NCBI GenBank assembly: GCA_030141605.1 | Contig: JAQGDQ010000016.1 | Location: 188,282 to 252,281 of the forward strand | Direction: 5' to 3' | DNA from: Tubiluchus corallicola | Lineage: Eukaryota; Animalia; Priapulida | DNA length: 64,000 bases | Shown: piece after piece, positions 40,801 through 52,400 of the stretch | Position numbering within the stretch: position 1 is the first letter of the stretch | How the letters are laid out: every line of letters begins with the position of its first letter | The notes under the pieces: model-generated | Seen by the model: the letters and a program-made list of their open reading frames with translations, nothing else | What the model was told of the DNA's origin: nothing | The model's database searches: none | Made by a program: the position numbers and the translations under genes

Positions 40801-43800
40801 CAAGACAAAGAAATCATATAAACGTATCAAAGCATGCTAAATTAGGTCCGAAAGATTTTGCAACTTCACTGGTACATTCAGGGTGAAAAGTTTTCTGATG
40901 CGAATTTTCTGCCTGGAGTAAACTTACCAGTGTGAAGTGCTTTATGAGCTACTATCAGCAAGACATTGCCAACTCTGCAACAGTTGCCACAAGCTAGTTT
41001 ACAGTCTAATATGACACCTCTGTAAGTTTACTCTCAACAGCTCCTAACACTTCTTGCAGGAAATAGAGACAAGTTTTATTCACTGTGAGAACTTGTGAAA
41101 TATCCAAGCTACTACAGAGATCAGCAATTTGTCCATAGTAACTTCTTCTTAGTCCAAATGCTGCAGCAATAGCCAAGATATATATTTTACGACTAGGCAA
41201 AAAAAACAACTATAATACTTAGTTAATGAACAAATACTCTTACCATTTGGGGGTGGTGTGAAGCAACCAGTGATTTCTGGGATGGTAAACCTGGCTTGTA
41301 CCTCATTGTCTTTCAATTTAACTGGGTAGATCCGCAATACTGTAGCTCGTCTTGGATGAATTTCGTTGCGACCAGACCATAAAACCTACAAATGAAGTAG
41401 CAACTCATAGTAAAACATGGACACACCAAAAAACTCGTGTAAACCTTGTTTTCAGAAATCAAACAGAATCAAGCTCTATCCATAACCATGGCCATACCAT
41501 CCTATATATTATGCTAAATTTTAAACATAATTTTAATATATTATGCTGAAAAATCTTGCCAGCAATATGCTTTTGACAAAAAGTTATAAACACTTTTAAC
41601 AATGGTCACTTGGAATCTTGCTATCATTACAGTTTATTAATTAGCACTGATGTAATATATGCAATTTTCAAACACATTAAACTATATTAAAGTAATATGA
41701 ATAAAAGCTGGCATTGTAAAATCTGGCAATAAATAAAATCTTAGTTTCCGAATGTTTAGTTTCCAAAATGCTCCACGTAAAGCACTATAAACAGTCAGGA
41801 CAATGAACATTCCAAAGTACTTGGAAATATGCAATACTGTTAAAACTATTTTAAAAGTAAACTGGTTATAGAAAAAGTATATTCTCTACTGGTGAATAAG
41901 TATATCTGTGCATGTCATAAGCAAATAAGCTGTTCACTAGTCATCTGTGCATGCATAAGCAAATTAATATTAAATTTTTTTGCTGGTCAGAAACAAAACT
42001 GTTCATTTATGTAAAATTGTGAAGTTTTGTCTCTGGCAAGTTAAAGATTTCATATAAATACATGCAAGTAGGTTCAAACATGTTCAACTACTCACACAGC
42101 GTACAATTTTTTCAGCAACCAGTTTATTTTGATATCTTTGTAACAATATAAGTCTATTATTTCAGGATGCTTGTTTTTGTTTTCCTGAACATTGATAACG
42201 CTTTACATACAGCAAAATGTTTGGTAAATAAAGAGATATATTAATGTAACTACATAATTACCAGGGAACTGGAAAAATCGCCATCACACTCTTCATCAAT
42301 AATATCGCTTGCTTGTCTCTTCACTATAGACTTTCTAGAACTGCCTGCTTTTGTCCCAGCTTTAGTTCCAGTATTAAATGCTCCAGTCATTCTCGCTGCT
42401 GTTCTAACATTAGCACCCAGTGTTCCGACCTTTGTTCCAGCGTTAGTAGCCTGTGTACCTGTTTTTGTTCCAATGTTAGTAGCCCGTGTACCTGTTTTTG
42501 TTCCAACGTTAGTAGCCCGTGTACCTGTTTTTGTTCCACTGTTAGAGCCAAGTGTTCCAGCTTTTGTTCCGCTGTTAGTGGTAAGTGTTCCAACTTTTGT
42601 TCCAAATGTTCTAGATTGTTTTCTAGCAGTTAGACCACTAGTCTCATCTGCTAGCACTGGAGCAGGAATTGGCACACTTGGTGGTGCAGCAGGTGGTACA
42701 TCTGGTGCAGCAGCAGGTAGAGTTGGTACAACAGCTGGTGCACTTGGTACAGCAGCTGGCATACTTGGTACAGCAGGTGCGTCTTCTGCACCAAAGGGGT
42801 TTCTTGATGCTCCCATTATTGCTTCTAATGGGTTCACACCGCCTGCAGGTTTTGCTTCACTAGTCTCTCTGAATTCCATCGTAAATTGTTTCTCGCCAGG
42901 TTCTTGAGGTTTATACTGCACTTTATACTCAGCTACTGTTCCCTCTAGCCTAAGCTGAGATATTATAACTGGCACATCGCAATCGTTTGTTAGCACAACT
43001 TCCACGTAACAGTCATCAGAGTTTAACTCGCCCTCAGAACAAATGAAGCCACTGCCACCTGTAAATTTTTCATATCATCAAAACTGCTGAGCAAGTTAAA
43101 AAAGTAATAAACAAACTTATAGACTAAAATAAAAATCAATTAATGCATTAATGTTACTTATCATGGTGCAAAAGAATCTAGCTGAGAAACCACAGTTTCT
43201 CATCCCAAGACTGACACCAGTTCATCAGACCAAAGGCCTCACACTTGATTACCTGCACTTTTTTAAAGATTTTGGCAAGCTGCAAGCCAGAATCCAGCAG
43301 CCAAAGGCATGGCCTGCTGAAAATACTATTTGTAGCAAAACTGGAGCCACAAAGAGGACATTGGATGCGCCAGTAAACTGCCAGCTGTGTAATAGCCAAG
43401 GATTACAAATAATAACACCTAGAGTGAATGTTGTGCTCAAGGAGCCAGACCCCATTAATGTGAAAGCTCTCATGCCTATCCAGCCAGCCGTGAATCCACT
43501 ACTGCATAAGACTTCCTATATACATTTTATAATGTCAGCAAATTAAGTCTTCATACCTTGCCTAAGCAAATCTCCTACCACCTGACCATCCTGATTTGTG
43601 ATTCGATAATTAGGAATCACCCTTTCATCTGCCATTCCATTGAGTTCTTCACATTCTGCAATCATGATCAAATAAAACTTATTCTGGCAATGAAGGGACA
43701 TCTTAGCAACATAATTGCTTACGTTAAAAAAAGTAACGTAAGTAAAAACAGCTTACAAACAAAAGGTAAAACAAACAAACTTCAGCTCGAAGCAGTGCAA

Positions 43801-46364
43801 AGTTTCAAGCCAAAGCTTTTTATATATACAATAAAAAATAAATTTATAACATTTTCTTGGCTAGGTTAAACAAGCGAAATCAAAAAATAGAAGTAAACAA
43901 TCACAACTCATCCATGACTGACTGACTGACTAACAAAATGGCTAACTAATTAACTAATTATATTTAACCAAAGATAATAGCACATTAGTTACCGAACGGT
44001 TTATTTTGTTTGACTTAAAGGTCGAAAATTAAATTCTACCTGACTTGTCATAGCAACCAGAAACATCAGGAACAGTAAATTTGGCTTCTGTCGCACCGAG
44101 AGCGAGTTTCGTTGGAAACAATCGTATAGCACTAACTCTCTTTCCTACCCGTATTACTCCAGATAACACCTATAAGCAGAAAAATGGGAATTAACGAAAA
44201 ACTTTCTTGCTACAAGTGGTCCAGGATCAATGTAAAGGCTGAGTTATGTTCAACATAAGTACTTATATTCTCCTTAAACGAAAACTGAATCCAATCTCAA
44301 ACTAAAGCTCAAAACAATCTACCCTGTATAAAGTATTGAAAGGGACGTACTATTTTTTTAGGAATACACACGCAATTTCGCGTTCACACCACCAGTTCTT
44401 CGCTGTCACATGCATTTCGCCATTCACTAGTTAGACAGCCACTAGCATCTGCATTCCGGAAACATGTCGCACAAAAAGGTGCTGTACTTCTCAGTGTAGA
44501 GGTGTTCATTTGTGACATACTGCACACATTATAGAGCTCATGTGTGAGCAAAGACATAAAATTTGCTGAGTTTTTGTGTATCTCACTCCACATAGTACGG
44601 TAACACAGCACACTTTATTTTCGGTTTTGCTAACATGTGCCACACGCTCCTGGAAGGTTTGTGCTTTTGAAAATTATATTCAGTTGTGATGTCTTCACTA
44701 GTTAGGCTCACCACAAATTAAGCGTTTAATCTATTATTTAATTATCAGAAATATTTTAGTATTATTATAGGTGTTAAAATGTATACTTTTTACTGTACTT
44801 TAAAATGGGGCATGATATGAAAAATCATCCAAATTTCCTTTATATTAACAGAAAATGCTAAAGAACGTAAATAGTCCACAGTGAAGTAGAAACTTTTTTT
44901 ATAATCAATAGTGTAATTACCAATGGCTCAGCTTCTACAGTTTCATCAACTGGTGTGGTGGTTAGCTCTACTGGAGGCGGAATGAATCGTGCCACTTCAG
45001 CTTTTGCTGCGATAGCTGGAAGAGCATTAGTGGGAGATAAGGCCGGAATAACTGGAACCTCCGGAATAGGATCAGCTGCAGCTCTTGAAACAGGTGCAGC
45101 AGCAGCTGGAAGTACCGGAGCTGGTGGAGCAGTTTGCGTACTCGGAGCTTCTGTAATAGGTGGAGCAGCAAACGGTGCACTTTTCTGAAGCACAAAGTCT
45201 TGAAACTTGGCAGCGGTAGTTGTTCTAGTCGTAGAACTTCTGATAATTTCCTTTGGAATTTGCACTCCAGGCTTAGTCCCGATAAAGGTACCAGTCTTTG
45301 TTGACCCACGAGTACCAGTTTTTGTTGCTGAGAAGGTTCCAGTCTTTGATGTACGTGTTCCAACTTTATTAGATGTTCGTGTGCCAGTTTTGGTGGCTGT
45401 AAGCGTTCCAGCTTTTCTAGATGTATGTGTTCCGGCTTTAGTAGATGTGGCTGATGTAAAAGTGCCTGTTTTAGTTCCACGTACAGAGCTTTGCCTTTTT
45501 ACACGCGTCGAAGCGCCTACGGTCTTGCTTTTGATTCTAACAATCTGAAACAAAATTGGTAAAATTCAAAAAAATTGAGGCAAAATCAGAGCAACAATCT
45601 ATGATTACGTGATCAGCACAAACAGATTTAATTTATAGTTTAACTCAAAGGAACAGCAAGCCTACAAACATGCGAAAGAACTACAGTTATGATTATTCAA
45701 TTATTTGTTTATTAAAGTAAATCAAATGCATTGTTGGATCACCTTCTTTCTCCATACATTTCTGTCTCTAGCATCATCCTGTCTGCTAGTCCTTCAAATT
45801 TAACTGAGTACTGCTATGATTTTTAACTATTACAGCTAGGTAAATCAAGGGCAAATAAATTACATTACAGTGGTTAGTGAGTGTGCTGCACTATAGTAGA
45901 TAAGCAATACCAAGCCTAGTCTGTAAATGGATGGATCACTGCCAAAGGGCTGTTTCTGGCTGCTCCACTTACTGCACAACAAGGTAGTTCAGATCCACAC
46001 AAGGCTAATTCACCTCTGCCATTTTCAGCATTTCATCATAGAAAATTATTATTTTTGACAATAAGCTGTATTCTGGCCTTACAACCAACATTATTAGTAA
46101 CAGATTCTGCTTTTAAGTGCTGGATTTTAGACTGCAATATGCATGTAAAAGATTAATACCAAAGTGACATATGGGTCTACTACTTTGCATCTCTGCGCAT
46201 CTTTGCAACTGAACACAAATGTTGCAGTTGACAAGAGATCCATTTTAGTGATGATGCCAACAGTTTGATTTTGACTAGTTTCAGCAAGTAAAATCAGTTT
46301 AAGCAATGTCTCAGAGTAAAAATGAATATTATAAATACAAGTCTTATTATAAATCTTTCTTATA

Positions 46365-46408
<44 letters not shown>

Positions 46409-49400
46409 TTTTGAAGGAAAAGTCACTAGAAGTGTCACAACAGGTTGGTTTATTCTGGGTAAATTTAATAACGGGAGGTATAAGTTTCAATCAACATGAA
46501 AATTATCCATTGATCTCATGTCAAAAAATACACTGAAATAGCCTCACTTGAATGCAGGGTAATGCAACAAAACGATAATTAAGTCTTTTTCAAGGTTCCA
46601 TCTATTGTAGACATTGAGAAAAAATATGGAACGCTTCACAAATTTGCATGTCATGTTATATCATTACAATGTCTTAATATCAAGTTGGTAATCATATTGT
46701 CCTAATATCAATATTAATGTCTTAATATTACAATGTCTTTATCAAAAAACATTTTCAACCAAATTAAAGGATTACATGTCCTTAACAAGAAAATACGAAA
46801 AGTCCACTTGGAAATTTAGAGGTCTCTAGATCATTATATGCACCAACATATATATATATATATATATATTCCACTCAATATAATATTAGGTGGATGAGTG
46901 CATTACATGCAAGAGGAAACAATTAAGTTCTTCCTATGCTGAATGGTTAAGTAGTGCTTTCAATATAAGAAAAATAACTAAACTTCTTTTCTAGTCTTTT
47001 ATTTTTTTAATTTTTTGCTTTAAGCTTCACTTTTACTAAAAGGATTATTAAACTAGACGACTGTTTATGATTAACTCACAAACTTAAGATTCTGCAATCT
47101 GACTGGAACTGCAACTGAAGCAGGTAACATGAATGCATGTTAGCTGTACAACACATACCATGAAATGGGATATATTTGCTGGCCTTTGCCTCTGTCTCTA
47201 GATCATAATTTTACTTTTGCTGAATTCACATGGGTTTGATTACCTAAGAACTGCATTTCTTTCCATGAAATTGCAACTTGTCACTTTTGTACATACAATC
47301 ACATGGATCAGAGGTTTTGAGTCTAAATATCGTCTCCAATGAATTCTTCATGCCTGATTACTTAGGAATAAATTGCATTTCTTTTCAAAGACATCTGAAC
47401 TTAGCACTATTTGACCCATGACCTTGAGTCAAGGTCAACCAATCTTGGGTCAGCCTGTACCATTTAGTTTCTCTTATCAAGAACATTCAACTGATATACT
47501 CTAAGCTATTGTTCCTGACACTGGAAAATGTCTGTGCCCAACCTACCCAAATTTATGTTTTTGTCCCTCGATAATTTTTTTAATATCCATATGACCTATA
47601 TTTAGACACGCACAAGAACTCGACACTACCATGTACCAACAGTTACGGCCATAGCTGGATGAGGCAGTGTCTACTGAAAAACTGACAGATATCAACTGTC
47701 CTTGACTCTTTGATCCAAGGTTGCTATTCATGAGTATTGTAGAATCTTAATCAATAAAGAAACCATTGACTCCCAATAAAATTCTGCAATATATTGCATA
47801 ATCTTAATTACTAAAATAATGCAGCACATTTGACTATTCACCTAGTATATTTTTAAACATGCACATGCAACAGAACACTAACAATAAAATAATAATAATA
47901 ATAATACATGGGCAGTTGTTATGTAATACATGCTTTTCCAGCAGTTAACTGCAAGCCTGTAGCTGTAGATAGCTGTACAAGCACTATGAATACTATACAA
48001 TATTTAAAATTTAAAAAACTGTTAAAATTAAAGTAATGCATATATACTGATTTTACATCATGTTTTTAAATTGACCGAGAATGTTGGTCTGGTCTTTTAA
48101 AAGCAGGGAGCGAGGGCACAAAATCTTTTATGATAAAATGACAGGACAACTCAATAAAAATTTAATAACGAAGCTCTACCAACACTTAAGAAGAAAGATA
48201 TTCAATACCAAAATATTTAACTGTCAAAAGTGGTAGATGCAATATCAATTTGGCTGGCAACTTTTTAGTTGACAAATTTTCCTTCTAATGAACATAAAAC
48301 ATGTTCAAAAAATGATACAAACAATTCAGGTAGCACGTGAAAACCAAAATTATTACCTGAGGGTTACTGAATACACTGCCTTCCTTGTATTGCATTTTGA
48401 ATTCAGATACAGTACCAGATACCATCAACTGTGATACTAGCATAGGTATACCGTTATCTTCTACATTGAATTCTACGTAACAATCTTCAGATGTTACAGT
48501 ACCTTCTGGACATACATAACCATCTAGAAAAAATTATCCATTTATTAAATGCAACAAAAGTAAGAGAAAGTCCTTTTGCTTTTGTTTGGGCATCGTCGAT
48601 GCACTGCTTTTCTTCTTTTACTGTAACCACTGAACATCCAGCAATCAATTTAATGTAAAAAACTGTGGCAGAATCTGAACATAGATCACCAAAAGCATAC
48701 ATCTAGAGTGAGACTTAACCAACAGAGATATTGTAACGGAAGAAATAGCTAATGGTTGTACTGGTCTAGCCAGCATTTGGATTTTTGTCAATACCTGGCT
48801 TCAAACCGGTTTCTACTGGCTGTCTTTTTCAAGCACTTTAACACAGTGTTTTACAGACGACTACATGTGAAGAGCTAGTTTAGCTGTAACTTTCGTGTTA
48901 GATATTATTTAAATAATAACATTATTTATATTATAACAAATTTCTTATTATAACAGATGATATTATAACAAATCATGTGCTTATTCGTTTAATTCATAGA
49001 TGTCACAAAGTGTAAGTTCACATAATCTTTATTCTAATTTTACATGTTTAAACTGTTCAAACTTTTCGTAACATCTTTAAGAACTTGGTAATATTTGTAG
49101 CTAGATGAGATTATCCTGCTTTTTACAGATCCGAAAAAAGCCTTACTTGTAGCAAAAGCCTTTCACTAATAAACTGCACTACTGCATTGCCTTATACAGA
49201 GCTTTGAGACTTTGCTCTATTACCTTAAAATATTAATCACATCAAGTACGGCAGACAAAATCACACCGGTAGTTTTCTCAGTAGTCACCAGGTCCAGTTA
49301 TGTTTAATGTGTGCCCGATATGCAGCACACAGCATCACCAACAAGTCAGCCATTAACCTCACCTCTTGTATAGATGTTTAATTAATGGCATTGAATCTTG

Positions 49401-52400
49401 GATAACTAGAAATTCTTACTTGCTTGGGCTTTGGTAACCCAACCAAAACAAAGTCTTAATCTAGCTTAATTTAATGAAAGACAAAGTGGGAATAGAAAAT
49501 TGAAAAAAATGAATATAGAATGTTTTAATGTCAGCTAAAGGTTGCTTAGTTTATTACACGTACAAAAAAAAATGCACATGTTTTTAGTGCTTCGTTTGCA
49601 AGGTAAAGGTGATTTTTGCCGAGCAATATGTTAATACTAAAATGCAAAAAATAACATGACTAGTTTATTTGCTACAGTTTGAAATGTGTAGTTAAAATTA
49701 AACAGTCACTTGTCTATAATTGACAAATAAAACTTGCAAATGTTGGTCTTAAATACTGATTTTTACTGTGCATTAAGTAGTACCTACCATATCTGATGGC
49801 ATCAGTTACATAGTTGCCATCTTGATCTTGAACATCATCAAAGCTAATCACGGTATCCATTGCATTGATCGGATGATCACAGCTTTCTACACTCGGATCT
49901 AGATCACACGTTTGTAAAAGTAATAAGAATATTAGTTTATTTTTTAGAAATTTTTACATATTTATTTCATTGGTCGTTACAAGGCTGAAATAAGTTACAG
50001 AACACATTAAAACTAATACAAAAAGTTTGGTACCTGAGAGAAAAAACTAATCAAAATGTTGAGAATAATGAATATATTAAGAAACGAAAAATGCAACTAA
50101 AACACAGAATAATGCCTTGAGAGTTTAACTGCACACATCAATCGAAATAAATAATGGTTTTATAGAATAAAAGTAAAGATTTTCAGATAAATGTAATGTT
50201 AGTAAAACTCTTTGTGTACTTCAGAAATATTCTGAGTTCTAAAATGATGCGTGTATGTGTAACTGAAACGTTATCTTTGCAGAAGTGTTCATTAAAAAAG
50301 TGCACAGTGTTTTTGTAACCGGCTGGCTATCATATGGCTTAAGCAATCAAAATATATAAAGATGCTAAACTATCGTACATTACAGAATAACTAAGTTCTA
50401 TGTAAAAAGTCTTTAACACAATCAATCAAAAACAATGAGCAGTAGGAAACTGCAAATTCTATTTTATTACTGACTAAGCAGCTTTTTGTTAAAAGAATCC
50501 CACGTATCTACAAAACATCACACAACTTACCAGAATGTTTTAACCTTTAAAATTAACTATAAAGTATAGTACAAAATAAAATAATTTTTTAGAAAATCAA
50601 ATTTGCTCATATTGAGAATTCAAGTTTGCTATAAATATTGTATTTTATATTTTATAGTCAATTTTAAAGACAGCCCAAGATAACCAGTAACATAAGTAGA
50701 AATGGTTTGGAAAGTTGTGTGGGCATTTTTTAAATAAATATGGTCATGGTTAAATGCCTGATTTTATCAATTGCTTTGTGTAATAAATTACCTTCGCAGC
50801 CTCGTTCATCTGAAAAATCCTGACAATCAACTATGTCGTTACATCGTGTTCCGTTGACACAATTGCGATCGTCACATCTCAAGAATCCATCAGGACACTG
50901 AAAATGTCCATCCTCTACTAATTTGATTCTTTTTTGACATGAAATAATGCATCGAAAATCCAGATAGAATGCTACTGCATATTACAATACATCACTGTCT
51001 TCAAACAATTGCCTCATTGCTGGTAAGAGATTGCATGTCTAATAAAGCATCTACACACTACACAGAGCTATTAAATACACAACGAATTTATACCATTTGC
51101 TTTTATAATGTCTTATCATGACCATTTATATCATATACTAGCATGTAAATGGCAGTCAACAGTTATGATGCAGGTAATATTAACTACTTACACTTGGAGC
51201 TCCAGAACTTTGAAACGTTGGAATAAAAATTGATGGTTTTCCTTCAGGTTTTTCTAAAATAAAATGCAAGTTCAATACCAGCATAGCATTTTTAGAATTT
51301 GGTATAGTCTAATGTGATTTGCTAATAGAACATCACAACTGCAGAACGGATTTGGCATAATTAATGTGGCAATCCTCAATGTTAATCCAGCTGGCTTTAT
51401 TTTATAAAGAAGTACATGTAATTTCTGCTGCTAAAAATAAATAGTTTATGCTTCATTCTGTCATAAAGCTCATAAAATGAAAAATTTAGTACGATTAGTA
51501 CGACATCGTACGATTTTAGTACTGACATTAGTACGATTTTAGATCTTTATTGTATTGACTGTACTGTCAGTCAAGCACTGATCATTTCGGGTATTGACTG
51601 AGAAAAGTAATGAAATACCAGGAAAGTATATTGACCAGTTCTTTTAAAAACAAAACTTAAAGATAAATTATAATTTTTTTGTTTCTTTAAAAAATTTGAA
51701 CTTTAAACCATTAAACTACGTTAAAATCTCCAAGTTTGCATTTTTTGTTTAAAAATTGCTACTATTCATTTTGTATGCATTTATTTTGACGGCAAAAAGA
51801 TTTATCTTGCAGTGGTCCCAAGAATATGATTAGCAACTGCAGAGGAAACAACCCATTTCAGATCAATATTTGATAAATAGTACCACATATAAAGCTTGTA
51901 ATTAAGCACGTGGATCTATGCAACCAATCACAGAGTAATTATAACCAAGTTACAGAAGAACAAAAAGTAAATTATTTTGATTCTAGCACAACTGGGCTAC
52001 ATTGTACACATTCGTGTAATTTTAATTATACATAATCTTAATAGAAAGATTTCTAATTATGCCAGAACAAACCCACATTTAACTAAATATTAGAAACAAA
52101 AAAAGAGGCCAAAAAATGTTAAAAATTGAAATTGAAACTGACCCTGATTTCGAACCAAGGAACTTTAGTTCAAGCATAATGTTTAAGACGGCTAAAATAA
52201 TTCAGCCTGGACAAGAGAAAACTCTGATTCAATCTTAGCAGCTTGGCAATAATTCCCGCATTGTCAAATGTTGGTGATAAATGATAGCCTATTAAACATA
52301 CCTGGTTCGGGCACCTCGAAACAAGCTTCAATTTCTAATGTCAAGTTGAGAGAAGCTTCACCGGGCAACAGACTCATGGGATATATTCTCAGAGAAGATG

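Larger units (their letters stand above)
17388..41170 (-). repeat. Tandem array of nine near-identical three-exon modules including introns (U1-U9)
   Basis: Spacings between exon-B donors from U1 to U9 are 2421, 2421, 2752, 2729, 2850, 2729, 2981 and 2778 bp; exons and introns align almost base for base. Confidence 0.95.

Noticed and set aside
43151-43546. 131-aa plus-strand ORF and overlapping ORFs in the D4 intron
   Set aside because: No recognisable motif or splice support; likely chance ORFs or a decayed repeat.
45870-46030. Possible 5S/SINE-derived fragment
   Set aside because: Only a vague resemblance (TAAGCA...TGGATGG) that is too degenerate to support without a search.
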